This document shows positions 39,710 to 53,899 of a DNA stretch of 64,000 bases, piece after piece (within the stretch, counting starts at the first letter, position 1; every line of letters starts with the position of its first letter). The notes beneath the pieces were generated by a model, which worked only from the letters and a program-made list of their open reading frames with translations, was not told the DNA's origin and did no database searches. The translations under genes were made by a program, and so were the position numbers. The stretch is from the NCBI RefSeq assembly GCF_006345805.1, contig NC_042998.1, forward strand, positions 167,958,001 through 168,022,000, written 5' to 3'. This stretch comes from Octopus sinensis. Taxonomy: Eukaryota.

Positions 39710-40167
39710 TTCAAGTACTGGTTGAACTAACTTAAATTTTCGTCAATATCTATTAGAATAAGTACCAGTCATGTATTTAGGGGATTTACTAAAACCTTCC
39801 ATTCAAATTCATTTCCAAGCTTCAAAGATGTAAATCAATATCATTATTAAATAACGTCAAGGCTAAGATCTGGCAGATTCGTTAGTGTGTCATACAAAAT
39901 GCTTAGCGGCATTTATTTAAGCTCTTTATGTTTTGAACTCAAATTCCGTTGAGATTAACTTTGCCAGTCATTCTTTCGGGATCGATATAATAAATACCAG
40001 TTGAACATTGAGGTCGATGTAATCGTCCAACTCTTTCCTCTGAAAAATTTGCAGGTCCTGTGCCAAATATAAGAAAGAATTGTGAAGGGTAGTTGGCGTT
40101 ACAGAAACAGTATAATGCTACACCAGATGTGTCATTACATGTTCGTATACTTTTGACTTCAGAGTCA

Positions 40168-40396
40168 ATGAGCTGGCAGAAACGTTAGCACGCCGGGCGA
40201 AATGCTTAGCGGTATTTCGTCTGCGTTACGTTGTGAGTTCAAATTCCGCCGAGGTCGACTTTGCCTTTCATCCTTTCGGGGTCGATAAATTAAGTACCAG
40301 TTACGCACTGGGGTCGATGTAATCGACTTAATACCTATGTCTGTCCTTGTTTGTCCCCTCTGTGTTTAGCCCCTTGTGGGTAATAAAGAAATAGGA
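40168..40396 (+). mobile_element. SINE family A, long tail, young
   Basis: Near-identical to 14355-14576. Confidence 0.92.
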
Positions 40397-41765
40397 TAAA
40401 ATAAAAATCATGCACAAATCTGATTCAATCGACTATACATTTCACTTACTAATTTTAGGTCTTGTGTCAGTGCAAAAATTAATATGTAGCTATTAAGGAA
40501 TAATATAATTAAATGATAGTGCGATGGTAAGAAAATAATTTTGTGGAAAACAGTCATTAGAGTTCGTTTCATTACCATTTAACTACCAAGACATTTGATG
40601 TTCACTAACCAATTATACATTGATTGCACAAACATTATGCAGCAATTTTTTTTAGCAATGGATGTACTATATTATTAACAAGGGCCAGTTAAATTACTGT
40701 GTTGATGTTCCAAATCATATCAAGTGGAGTGGATCTGAGTAACTGTGTCCTTAACAGAACATGGAATATGATAACGAACTCGAATGTAAATTTTTCAAAA
40801 AATGTTTAAACTTAGTTAATGTATGATAATGTTAATACCATCCATCATATAGATGATATACGTTAAGCATAATATTTTATAATCCTAATATTTATAACAA
40901 TAAATAATATTTATATTACTATATATTATTCACACCTCTGGCGCAATATATGTACACCAAGAGCTGAATAAAGCAAGAAATTCACCACAGAAAAAATACT
41001 TTCATTTCTCTGTTGTATCTTTTATGAATATTCTTTATAGAATTATTGAACGTCAGGACGTCGCATTTTTTCTCCAAGATCTTTATGATTAGTTTTCAAA
41101 CAAATCGCTATATTTCTAATATCTTGAGCGCTTTACCTTAAGCTGAAAGCTCACAAGAAGACGGGTTTAATTCGTCGCTGAAGCCATTTCCACTCCACTG
41201 AAACCGTTAGGAAAGACAAAAAATATAAAACCTATTCAAATGAATCGTGTATCAATGGCGCCAGTTTTATAGATGACATATAACGTTTATATTGCAAGGA
41301 TATGATGGTGGTGGTAGTGACGAGGACTGGGGGTGATATTTTTCTTTTAGAGAGATTTTGAAGTGATTATTTTCAATATTTATGATACTGGTATTGTTTA
41401 AAGAAACTCCTCATGTTGATGGTGTTATTATGACATGTGAAGTGACATTGATTGATAGAACTAACAGTGTGCGGTAATTACTTTTGTCTCTGTAGTCCGG
41501 GTTCAAATCTTAAACGTGATCAGATTTGTCTTTCATCTTCTATATATAAAAAAAAGAAGCTAGATATTTTATTTTGTCAAGAATCAACAAAATACGATCT
41601 AACAATAACATTGGGCTTGATTCAACGAATTATATTCTTACTCCTAGAAATCTTGGCTTCGTACTTTAACAAGAAATCGTTATGGCATATATGTCACAGC
41701 ACATGTCATAACAAAATATACGAATATCATCTACATTATAGATTAAAATATTCTCTAGCATACTA

Positions 41766-42158
41766 CAGTAGAACCTCGCAGTACGAGTGCACCGTTGTAA
41801 GAATAATTTGCTGTACGAGCCGAGACTCGTGCAAATTTTTGTCTCGAAGTACGAGCGGAAATCCGCAGTACGAGCACACAAATCGTCCCACCTTTAAGGT
41901 AATTCAGTTAATAAAACCAGTTTACATATTTCTTTTGCATTCTCTTTTTGATAATTGTCATTTTATTTGTAACTACACCTTTTCTGTTTTAAAACCCACA
42001 GAAAATCATTTTTGAGTGGTTTGGCGGGGGTGGGCTGGAACGGATTAATTATATTTTAGTTAATTTCAATGAGGAAAATTAGTAATTTGTAAAACGGGTA
42101 AATCATAAGCCGATCTTGGTCATGGAACGAATTAAATTCGTACTACGAGGTATCACTG
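41766..42158. mobile_element. Tigger/pogo-like MITE
   Basis: TIRs CAGTAGAACCTCGCAGTACGA / TCGTACTACGAGGTATCACTG (4 mismatches in 21), flanked by TA on both sides. Confidence 0.85.
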
Positions 42159-42535
42159 TATTACATTTATGAATATTATTCTTTACACAGTACCGGGTTG
42201 ATTTTTTTAATCGAGAGATAAAGTTGATTTAATCGACCTTGATATATTACAGGTATAAATTTCGTTGACCATGGAAAGATGAAAGGAGAAAACAAGTAGA
42301 ATTTGAACATTAAATTTTTAACACAGCTATTTTATTTGGGATGATATTAAATGTGAATAAGATATTTTTATTTACTGATGAGATGCTTAATATTCTTGAG
42401 TTCAAATCTGAATCGTATTGGTTTTTGTTCCATTGTACCTATTGTTGCTCTTAACAAGCTAGTCACGTTAGTGTTTGAGTCAATCTAATAAGAGACTTAT
42501 TGCTAATTATACACTGTTACACATACTAATCTATC

Positions 42536-42624
<89 letters not shown>

Positions 42625-42713
42625 GCCTCTCTCTCCATATATATATATATATATATATTACGGAGATGTACTTGCATAGCGAGTGACTTGATCTGAGATC
42701 GTGTGCTGGAACG

Positions 42714-42957
42714 AAAACAATTGCAGCGTGGAAGGTGTTTATAAGCCATTTAAGAAACACACAAAACCGTTAGATTCACTTCAACATTTAACTTTAATTT
42801 GTCAAAATATTTTCGTCGCTTTGAGACTGCGACCTGTTCACTGACAAAGCTTCGTGCTGCACGAAAATATTTTGACAAATTATAGTTAAATTTTGAAGTG
42901 AATCTAACGGTTTTGTGTGTTTCTTAAATGGCTTAAAAACATCTTCCATGCTGTAAT

Positions 42958-42963
<6 letters not shown>
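42714..42963. mobile_element. Fold-back element with ~100-bp arms; hammerhead-like motif in the loop region
   Basis: Arms 42714-42815 and 42861-42963 are near-perfect inverted repeats. Confidence 0.9.
42799..42848 (-). ncRNA. Hammerhead-like motif with G3-C8 core swap
   Basis: TTGTCA-GTGAACA-G-GTCGC(AGTCTCAAA)GCGAC-GAAA-ATAT-TT-TGACAA. Confidence 0.5.
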
Positions 42964-43010
<47 letters not shown>

Positions 43011-43431
43011 CTAGAAACATAAAAGACTTTATCATTTCCCCGAGCATCAAATTAATACACCTGCTTGTTGTTCATACACCTGTCTTTGTCTTCTGTTTTT
43101 CTATAAATTTCAACTACACACACACACACGCACACACACACACACACACACATGCACGCACACAAACACACTCACACACACTCATACACACACACACACA
43201 CACACACATACACACACACACACACACACATGATGAAGACCGAAGAATCCACGTAATCTGAGATAATAATCCACTCGTATAAGTTAATCCCCAAATTAAG
43301 ATACTCCGGAATATTGGTCGGATAGACGTGAAAGATCTGCGTGAAAATGCGATAATAAAGTAAATGAAATACAAAAAAAAAATAAATAAGTAAAAGTGCA
43401 CGGGACGTACATAGTTAATATTAGATTAACT

Positions 43432-43495
<64 letters not shown>

Positions 43496-44559
43496 CTATC
43501 TCTATCTCTCTCAGCATCTCCGAGTGCCTCGGAATGCGTGCGTACGTACATATACATATGTTTCCAATAATACATCTAATAAGCTTTTTGACATTCACAC
43601 TTTTTATATACATCTGTATTGACTTTCTCATTGATGATGCCATTCCCTAAATACACACAAATGTAATTATTACCCGAATAAATTGTACTCCATATTCGAA
43701 GCTCCGATGAAGATATCAAGTGATGGAGGCACTCAATTATGAATCCACTGAATCTTATAGCAGAAACAGCTGCAAGCTAATGAAGTTAAAAAATATAATC
43801 ATTTATTCTTTTGTCATCATATTTTCTTATTATCGCTCTATATTCGTCTAACGCTTCGTTCTGAAACATACGCATATTGAGTTCTACACCAGGTTATTAG
43901 TCTCGCAATGCTTAGCTGTATGTCCTATATTTTAATAAGTAACTGCGGTAGTTAAGATCTGATGTTCTACATTTGTAAACACCAAGAAACTGTTTCATAT
44001 GTAGTCATTTTTTATAATTAATTTCATTCATTCTAATCATTTTGATAATTTCCTGTGATATCGTTTCCATTTAGTTTGCCAAATATTAACACATGTTTAA
44101 AAGTTCTTCAACATTTCATGCGTACGTTTCTTTTTTTTATCGTAATTCGTTTTTTACGACTCCCGCTGAAAAGATATTATAGGTTTCGCGCGTATGTGAA
44201 GATAAAATTCCAAGAATATAAAATGAACGGGGTGAGGAGAGAAAAGGTTCGCAAGACACAAAGACGAAGGAAATATTACGCAAAATAGTAACGTATTTTT
44301 TGCAAAATTTATGTTGATTTTACAAATACGAAGAAACGTCTTAAGTAGAGAATAAATATGATTGATATTTCTGTATTTACTACTAAGATACTCTAAAATC
44401 ATTGAGAGCAAAAGAAAACAGAAAACTTTCATATTTCAAAAGGCTGTCCAGATTTGACCGGTGCATTAGTGCTAAATTTCGGCACCCTTTCAAAATTCAC
44501 AAAAAGCTCATGATACCACTTGTGTAGTATATTCCTGTAGTTACAAGGTAAAAATTAGG

Positions 44560-45072
44560 TAGAAATGGAAGCAAGCTTGTAATAAATGAATCAATGTAGG
44601 CCCCTTCTGAAGACACACACTTTATCCCTCATCGTCGTTCACATTAATGGAAGCATTCCTCGAACCCCTTTTGGTGGGGCTGCTTGTAGCTGCTCCGTCG
44701 CGTTGTCTTGGACTTCTTTGACGCCATGACATTTTGTGGTCTTCCTCTGCAGACTGAGACTTAATTTCGGGTTCATAGCTATAGACCCACCACTTGTCAT
44801 CTGTTATGACCATTTTCAAAAAGTTTTCGCCTTTCCCGACACAGTCAATGAGATCCTGTGCTGCTGAAACCCGATTTCCTTTTTGAGACCACCACACTCT
44901 ACATACTTTACTTTCAGGCATTACTATAAGCAACAAAAGTAACCGAAAACATTATACCATAGTGTACGTGCGCGACAGAGTTCAAGGTCAGTCTGTGCCA
45001 AGCAGCTTCACTGTGTACTTTAGCTCCGTTTCTATAGCAACAGCTCCGATACTGTTTGATCAAACGTCCTGT
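44560..45072 (-). mobile_element. Internally deleted mariner
   Basis: RVSAAQDLIDCV..FLKMVITDDKWWVYSYEPEIKSQS (ITGDETW..YDPE-like) joined to a decayed C-terminal GFEECFH...EGAYID-like segment. Confidence 0.8.
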
Positions 45073-45220
45073 ATATATATGTATATATATGTGTGTGTGC
45101 GCGTGTATATATATATATAGATATATATATATATATATGTGTGTGTGGTGTGTGTATGTATGTATATCTATATCTATTGTATATCTATATATATATCTAC
45201 ACACACACACAATATATACA

Positions 45221-45290
<70 letters not shown>

Positions 45291-45293
45291 TAT

Positions 45294-45361
<68 letters not shown>

Positions 45362-45854
45362 TCGTTTACTCTTTTGCTTGTTTCTGTCATTTCACTGTGA
45401 CCATCCTTGAGCAACGTCTTCAAGTGTTTTTGTCGAACAAGGACTTATTTTTAAATCTAGTACTTATTCTATCGGTCTTTTTGCCAAATCGCTAAGTTAC
45501 AGGGACGTAAACAGACCAACAGCGGTTGTCAAGCGATGATGGCGGGGACAAACACAGACACAAAGACACACACAAAGATGCACACATGATAACACACATA
45601 TAAGGCGGGCTTCTCTCAGTTTCCATCTACTAAATCCACTCACAGGGCTTTAGTCGGCCCGAGGTTATAGTAGAAGACACTTGCCCAAGGTGCCATGCAG
45701 TGGAACTGAACCGAGAACCATGTGGTTGGGAAACAAGCTTCTTAACCACAGTCACGTTTGCGTCTGTGAATGTATGCGTGTGTAATTCTGTTTTAGAATG
45801 ATAGATCTCAACGTAGATAAAGCTATAAAATAATAGCGTGTGATGCGTATATGC

Positions 45855-45898
<44 letters not shown>

Positions 45899-46085
45899 CC
45901 TTTATTAGTACTGGTCGACAACTGGTGTTGATTTGTTTCACGTCTCTGAAACTTAACGGCTCGGCGAAAGAGAGTCCCATGGAATAATTACCAGCCTTTA
46001 GAAAATAAGTATTGGGAGTCAACATGCTCTTCAAGACTGCTCCAGCATGGCCGCAGTCCACTGAGTGAAACAAGTAAAGGATAAA
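45362..46085. mobile_element. Family B SINEs (45362-45752 -, tail 45905-46085 +)
   Basis: Diagnostic head and tail motifs. Confidence 0.8.
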
Positions 46086-47599
46086 AAAGATAAAGATGAT
46101 TTAAAATAACTAATAACTACCCTACTACAATTTATGATTTCCACTATGCATTTCATCTCGTGTGCCACATATCAAATCTATCAAAATACTAAAACATATG
46201 AGGCTTTGATTGGCAGCGCGTTATCAAAATAAACCTACATGTTGACAAAAGAAAAAATGTCAGCAGTGGATTGTTTAATGTTTCAGAAATCGGCGTTGCC
46301 TAAGAAATAAAATGCTGCCTGCTTTATTTTTGACACATGTCAGTTTACTTGAAAGCGTATAAATAGTCATATACTTTTACAGGAAGACCTGAACTAAACA
46401 TTTGATGGTTGTTTGTTGGGTGAAATTGGAAGAAAGATAAATTAAAAGGTAGAAATGAAAGATATATTAGACAGAAAAACTTTCAATTTGAAAATTTTTA
46501 AACATGTAGCATGCATTTGTTTTACAAGCTTTATTTTTACAGCATTGTGTGCTTATTATAATGATTATAATGTAACAAACTGAATATCTTACAGTAGGCT
46601 GGTTAAAAATTCGTTATTAGTGACAGAAGTAGTGTTATTTAAAAAAAGAAGCCTTCTCTATGTCTTACTTAACGTAGCCATACTGTGATATTCGTCTCGA
46701 GAAAGCACCTCGTACAGACACGTAGTGAGAAAAAGCATAGAGTCGTATCAGTAGCAGATGAAAACCGTCCATCATCGTCAGTGGAATTCCTAAATCCAGA
46801 TTTCAAATTCTTTGAGGGTCATCGGTAGCATGCATCCTCTAGCTACCGCAAGCTTACTCAAATCTAGCTTCTACTGATATAGAAAAACAGCGATTAGCAA
46901 ATCACTGGTGTCGCAAATAGCAGGGTTTAAATTCATTATTAGTGACAGAAGCGCTATTAGTTCAAAATAGCATTCTGTATGTCATACTTAACGCAGATAT
47001 ATTGTAGAAAGGTAGAAAACTACGGATACTTCAGTTATTATCAACTAACGAGATTCGTAGACATCCTACATTTTGTGAATTCTATATTTTTTCTAATTTG
47101 ATACTCAAATTATAAATATTTATAACAGTTTCATTTTGTTAACATTGCGATGATGTCTTCGATTTCATCCCATTTATGATATCGTTTAACACCGAACTGT
47201 CTTCAATCTCATTCCATAGTTAAAGTTCTTAAAAGCGTAACATTCGAACGCATTTTGTGTTAAAAAGAATATTCTAGTTTACATCCTATAATTTATCTCA
47301 AGGAAACATCTCTTTGCTTAATATAAATTAAGTTGCTTCGTTGGGTAATATTATAGGAAATTGTTGTTTTTGTTGTTGTTGTTGTTGTTGTTTAGCTCCA
47401 GATCTTAACCGAGCAAATCTATGATCAGAAGCATTCCAGTCGCAGTTATTCGGGGGGGTTTTCCTTATGTTTCTGGAAGACATGGCCACATTATCCACCA
47501 TATCCTTTTCTGCTAGAAGCAATCATTTTTACAATAGCTTTTCTTTAGCTTTTCTACGACAAGTTGAAATTTCTTTGAGTCTAATTTATAGTTAGCTGT

Positions 47600-48790
47600 T
47601 ATTTGAGCTTATTTTGTTAATTTTGTTCCAGATATGACAAAACTTTAATTGATGCATATTGCATCAATATTCTTTTTGCTGAAATTCCTTACGAGCAAGA
47701 GATCGACGCTGTCTGGTGTAGGATTGGCAGACCTCCAGTAGATTTGACTCGCTGGAAACCATACTGCTAACCATTGAGAATAGAAAGAGATTTTAAACTG
47801 TAAAAAATTGCATATTTACACTGTCACCGCTATCTTTGAGATGCTGGAATTGAAAATTATTGTTTGGTGGTTAGCAAGTTCAAATTGTTTGCTTATTTCA
47901 AAGCCCAAGATACAAGGCATGTTATCATAATGAGATAGATATAAAATAGAGGATTTAAATGGGGATCACGCTGTTTGAAGGAGATTGTGGAATTTTTTAG
48001 ACATCTTAAAAAATTCGATCGTCCGAAACTGTCGTGACATAAATGACTACCAGCCTCAACACATCGCATTCCTTGCCACACACGTCTAGTTCTACTGACT
48101 TGCTATTCAAGATCAGCAACATCATCTTTACTTGGAGATACAGCAATGTTCTGGTACAACGCTGTCATACTACGCGATACAGTTCAACCGCGCGAAATGT
48201 AAGTTACGTACTCGTCTAGAACGAGCGCGTCTGCGCGAGGCGCAGCAAATTTGGTCTCGCTCAACACAATTCCATCTAAGTTTAGTGACCTATGGTCGTT
48301 CAGTAAGTGACCCTGCTTCAAGACACCACTTTTTCTTTTTCATTCTTCTCTTTTTTCATCGGCGATTTCGCTGCTACATTTTTTACTGTTTTACTTGCTA
48401 ACTTTACTATTCTTATTTTTGCTGTTTCTTTTCTTTACTCTTGTCTCTGTTTATCCTTATCATCATCCCGAGTCTATCTTTTGCATACTTTCTAAAGGAG
48501 TGTCTCCATCCCCTCCACCACCGCATCTGTTTCTACTTCGTTTTGTAATATTCATAATTTTATGTACTCTGTCAACTTCTTGTTGTTCTTGTGAACAACT
48601 GTAACGTTGAGGAATATTGCGTTTTGTTCTTGTGTGTGCTGATGTTGATTATCTTCATCAGGCAGATCCGTCACGCTCTTATACTTCTCCTCTGTGACTT
48701 TACATCTGCTAACTTTTCAGATTTTAAGGATTTTCTTCGAAACTCGATCAAAGGATATTTTCTTATTCAACTTCGTCTCTAGACGATGTA
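47600..48790 (-). mobile_element. Degenerate L1/Tx1-clade LINE: APE endonuclease region and upstream Lys/Glu-rich segment
   Basis: Minus strand GHLLNDHRSLNLDGIVLSETKF (48248-48313) and KSVELDVCGKECDVLRLVVIYV, typical of L1/Tx1 endonucleases; stops and shifts are present. Confidence 0.7.
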
Positions 48791-48989
48791 TTTGAGGAAG
48801 GCAATTGCAGTAGCATGTCCAAGGGAGTTACATGTATTTAAAATTTTTTTAGGGGGTGGGTAATAACTCGGAGGCATTTTAGGAGATGCAGGTGAGATTG
48901 CTTTTATTTTTTTCTGTTTTGTTTTGTTTTGTCTTGTATGCTACCGTTTTGAATGCTACTGTAGCTTTTGTTTTTGCAAATGTATTTGC

Positions 48990-49158
48990 CGTTGCTGTTG
49001 CTATTGATGATGATGATGATGATGATTATGATGATGATGATGAAGATGATGACTACGACGACGGTGGCGGCGGCGACTACAGCAACGACAAGGACGATGA
49101 TGATTTTTTCTTGGCCCAATATACCCATCATGGCGCACGCACACATACAGAGATTGAT

Positions 49159-49206
<48 letters not shown>

Positions 49207-49305
49207 GAGAAGAGAGAGAGAGAGAGAGTTTGACGGAAAGAGGAGAGAGAGGGTTAGAGAGAGAGAGAGAGAGAGAGAGAAACGAGAGAGAGAGAGGATA
49301 GAGAG

Positions 49306-49352
<47 letters not shown>

Positions 49353-49370
49353 AGATAGCTAGCAATACGA
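48990..49370. repeat. (GAT)n and (GA)n microsatellites
   Basis: Directly visible. Confidence 0.95.
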
Positions 49371-49847
49371 ATTTACATACGCTTACATATATACATATAA
49401 GGGGAAATAATCTCCAGAAATAAAATAAAAAATTTCCGGAATTGACATGCCATCAAGACAACCAGATTATCTTTTTCTTAAAGGCAAGATAATTTCAGAA
49501 AATAACTGATTCTTGAAATTACTTCCCACTCCCATTTGCAGTTGGTAACTATTATCGCCAAGTAATTCTTTCTTTTCTGGAGGCAAAAACAATTTTAATA
49601 ATTAAAGAATTTATCTTGTATTCTTTTATTCTTTCATCATTTCAGCTGTTTCAGTCATTTGACTGCGACCATGATGGAGCACTGCCTTAAAGAGTTTTTA
49701 AGTCGAAGAAACCGACTCCAGGACTCAATCTTTGTAAGCCTGGTACTCATTCTATCACACTTTGTTGCCGAACCGGTTGTCAAGCGATGGTGGTGGTGGC
49801 AGTGGTGGAGGTGAAGGTGGGGACGAACACAGACACAAAGACACGCC

Positions 49848-49904
<57 letters not shown>

Positions 49905-49912
49905 TATATATA

Positions 49913-51126
49913 TATCAAGTCATCCCATAAGTTCTGTTCGATTTTACCTTTTTTAAAAATTGAATGAAATTTAATAGTATTTTAAAATATCTAATGGAAT
50001 AAAATATTATTTTTATGTATTTGTGTACATTTAATCTAATTAAATATCATTTTACAGAATAATAGAATCAAAATTTCTTTGATTAAAACCCTTTCTAACT
50101 TGGAAGTATCCAAAGAACATTTAAGGCACATAGTGCTTTATGAGTACAAAAAAGGAAACTCTGCAGCCAAAGTGACTTGAAACATACACTCAGTTTATGG
50201 GAAAGAATGCTTGAATGAAAGAACTTGCAGAAGATGGTTTGCAAAACTCAGAAGTGGAGATTTCAGCCTTGAAGATGAAGATCTAAGAGGACGTCCAGTT
50301 AAGTTTGATGAAAAGCTCCTTGAGGTATTCCTTGAAGAAAATTCTGCATTATCAGTTGAAGATTTGACGATAAAGCTTAGTTCAAGCCATACGACTGTTC
50401 ATTGTCATCTTGAACAACATGAAAAGTTTCCTAAACTTGGAAAATGGTTGCCTCATGAATTGTCCAAAAGCAACCGTAAATCTCGAGTTAAACATCTACT
50501 CTTCTCTCCATTCTCGCGAACTTATTTCACTCTTTTTGGTGAAGAAAAATAGATCTTCTATCGAAATGTTAAACGTCGTAAACTGTGGCTTGGTAAAAGG
50601 GAAAAAGCTCAACCACAACAGAGAAAGGAATTTCCTGGAAAAGATTCTTCTCTTTGAATTGTTACCACCTAATGTAACAACCAATGCTCAAGTCTACTGT
50701 TAGCAATTAGAGCGTTTGAACCAAGCTTTGAAGAAAAAAGACATGCTTTAGTGAATCGAAAAGGAGTGATGTTTCATCAGGATAATGCGCAACCCCACAC
50801 TGCAAAAATCACATCACAGAAGATCGAAGTGCTTGGTTGGGAAAAAATTCCTCATCCACTACCATTTGTTTCGTAGTTTACAGAATCATTTGGGAGACAT
50901 AGCTTTCGCAAGCCAGGAGGAGGTCGAAGCTGACATTTCAGAGTTCTTCGCTTTGAAACCAAAAGAGTTTTACATTGATGGGATCAAAAAGCTTGTAAAT
51001 AGATGGAAGGAAGTCATAGATAATCAGGGAAAGTACATTTATGATTAAATTTCAATTAAATATAACATCTGAATCACTTGTTTTCTTTATTCAAAATTCG
51101 GACAGAACTTTTGGGATGATCCGATA
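49913..51126 (+). mobile_element. Full-length decayed mariner transposon (~1.2 kb)
   Basis: TIRs TATCAAGTCATCCCATAAGTTCTGTTCGATTTT / AAAATTCGGACAGAACTTTTGGGATGATCCGATA. Transposase pieces: RRWFAKLRSGDFSLEDEDLRGRP, GKWLPHEL (WVPHEL), HQDNAQPH, YHLFRSLQNHL, GIKKLVNRWKEVIDNQGKY; multiple frameshifts. Confidence 0.95.
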
Positions 51127-51509
51127 TATATATATATATATATATATATATCATTTGAATAAAGTTACAACATGGTATGGTTTTCACGTTTTTTTCACGT
51201 TTTTATAATGTCGAAGTATGTATGCTAAACATAAAACATTTTTTTAATGTTCATAAAGTTCAATTAGCGCTTTCAAACGTTCGTATTAATCATCAGATTT
51301 CAAAATGTATTTTACTGATAGCTGAGTTCTTAACAACTTTAGTAAAATGACTGACTTCTTCCTTTTTATACCTCTTAAAAGGCTCCAACAAGCTGAATGT
51401 TTGGACGCAAGTGAGGTTGGAAGAAAGATAAAAGAAAAACGTTATATTAAAATGTTCAAACCTGTTCTGGACGGAAATATCAACAATAATATAACACGCA
51501 GTTAATTAG

Positions 51510-51891
51510 TGGAGGCGCAATGGCCCAGTGGTTAGGGCAGCGGACTCGCAGTCGGAGGATCGCGGTTTCGATTCCCAGACCGGGCATTGTGAGTGTTTAT
51601 TGAGCGAAAACACCTAAAGCTCCACGAGGCTCCGGCAGGGGGTGGTGGTGAACCCTGCTGTACTCTTTCACCACAACTTTCTCTCGCTCTTTCTTCCTGT
51701 TTCTCTTGTACCTGTATTTCAAAGGGGCCAGCCTTGTCACATTCTGCGTGTCACGCTGAATCTCCTCGAGAACTACGTCAAGGGTACACGTGTCTGTGGA
51801 GTGCTCAGCCACTTGCACGTTAATATCACGAGCAAGCTGTTCCGTTGATCGTATCAGCTGGGACCCTCGTCGTCGCAACCGACGGAGTGCT
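51510..51891 (+). mobile_element. SINE family C head with tail A
   Basis: Near-identical to 38333-38718. Confidence 0.92.
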
Positions 51892-52079
51892 CCTATATAG
51901 ATGTTGATTAAAAAAATATCTTCAATATATTAATAAAAACAAATTACAGAAGACTGCCACCAACTGAAATAAACGCGATCAAAAGCAACTAAGTTTGCTC
52001 ACTCATAAAACCATTACATGTAAACTGCAGGTTAATTGGTTAAAATAAAGGTAGGATCTATGCCAGTAATATCGCTAAA

Positions 52080-52606
52080 GACTTTCTAACTAGAAAGGGT
52101 ATGGCCTGGTCAGCCTGTAATGACATGCATAAGATCTGGTCATCAAATCTAAGTAGAGACTTCAAACTTGAAATATTCAAAGCCACAGTCGAACCAATTC
52201 TACTATATGGCTCAGAAACCTGGACGTTATCAAAGAAGCTTGAGAGGCGGTTGGATGGAACCTACACTCGCCTCCTTATGAGAGCTCAAAATCTCTCGTG
52301 GAAGCGCCATCCAACCAAAATGCAAGTATATGGGAAACTACCACCTGTGTCATCTCTTGTGAAAGGTAGGAGAGTCCAGTTTGCTGGACATTGTTGTAGA
52401 GCTGAAAAAGAAGTAATTTATACTCTTCTCCTCTGGAAGCCATCTACTCGCAATACCAGAGGGCGCACAATCTCCTACCCTGATGTGATCTCCAGGGATA
52501 CAGGCATCCAGCAACAGGACCTCCGTAATGCCATGATGGACCGTGAAGTCTGGCGTAGCATGGTAAATTCCATTGTCTCGACCACGGTCGAACAATGATG
52601 ATGATG
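52080..52606 (+). mobile_element. 5'-truncated RTE-clade LINE, (TGA)n tail, 12-bp TSD
   Basis: Intact C-terminal ORF (VEPILLYGSETW, FAGHC, DREVWR). AATATCGCTAAA at 52068-52079 and 52607-52618. Confidence 0.92.
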
Positions 52607-53195
52607 AATATCGCTAAACCCAGCAAACCGTGAGGTTTAAGCTGCATAATCATATTTCATACAGTATGTACGTTTCTTTGTTTACTCATCTGCGGCACAC
52701 TACGTATTTTCTTTTAATATATTTTAATTAATGTGTTATACAGTGCAGTACTGTATTGTATCTTTATTTATTAATTCATTAATTTTTAGGCGTGAAAATT
52801 GTTATTTTACCACATATAATTGAAATCTAAAAAAAATATAAATACCTTTCGGTAGATATACTGACGAGTCCGCGATATAAATTTACATACATACATGTAT
52901 GTATGTGTGTGTATGTATGAATGTATACATCAATATCTATGTATGTATGTATGTATGTATGTATGTATGTATGTATGTATGTATGTGTGTGTGCGTGAAT
53001 GTGTGTGTGCATGTGTGTGTGCGTGAATGTGTGCATGTTTGTGTGTGTTTGTGTATGGATCGTCGGTCTGCAATTCATTAGTCTTGTCTTTATATAGGTC
53101 TTTGTTAAAATCGTTTTTGGGTGTGTGAGCTTGAGCGGGGGTGGTAATTAGGTTGTTATGGAAAGGTGGAAAGCCTTGAGAGTGAACTTAGTGTG

Positions 53196-53237
<42 letters not shown>

Positions 53238-53459
53238 TTTGTGTCTGTGTCTGTTTCCCCACACAAGCACTACTTGATAACTGGTGTTGGTGTGTTTACG
53301 TCTCCGACAATATAGACCTATATTACAAGAACCAGGCTTCAAAGAAAACAAATAAATACTGAGATCAATTCATTCGACTAAAATTCTTCAATGCCCCAGC
53401 ATGGCCGTTGTTTAATGACTGAAAGGAATATAATAAAAGATACATATATATAATAATAT

Positions 53460-53872
53460 AGCAGGAGTGGCTGTGTGGTAAGTAGCTTGCTAACCAACCA
53501 CATGGTTGCGGGTTCAGTCCCACTGCGTGGCACCTTGGGCAAGTGTCTTCTACTACAGCCTCGGGCCAACCAAAGCCTTGTGAGTAGATTTGGTAGACGG
53601 AAACTGAAAGAAGCCCGTCGTATATATGTATATATATGTATGTGTGCGTGTATTTATGTGTCTGTGTTTGTCCCCCTAGCATTGCTTGACAACCGATGCT
53701 GGTGTGTTTGTATCACCGTTACTTAGCGGCTCGGCCAAAGAGACCGATAGAATAAGTACTGGGCTTACAAAAGAATAAGTCCCGGGGTCGAGTTGCTCGA
53801 TTAAAGGCGGTGCTCCAGCATGGCCGCAGTCAAATGACTGAAACAAGTAAAAGAGTAAAAGAGTATATATGT
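53460..53872 (+). mobile_element. SINE family B, full length, young
   Basis: Complete head, microsatellite and (AAAAGAGT)n tail. Confidence 0.93.
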
Positions 53873-53899
53873 ATATACACAGGCGAAGGTAAAGAATAC

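Noticed and set aside
43230-43785. TGATGAAGACC..GGTC and CCGATGAAG..GAAACAGCTG hammerhead-like pieces
   Set aside because: Essential positions are mutated and stem II cannot be drawn; at most Penelope debris.
48165-48315. CpG cluster with E2F-like GCGCGAAA and GTAAGT donor-like sites, suggesting a promoter or first exon
   Set aside because: The minus strand translates to an L1/Tx1 endonuclease motif (LNLDGIVLSETKF), so it is a LINE relic.
52861-52885. CTGACGAGTCC hammerhead-like start
   Set aside because: No closing stem II or GAAA follows.
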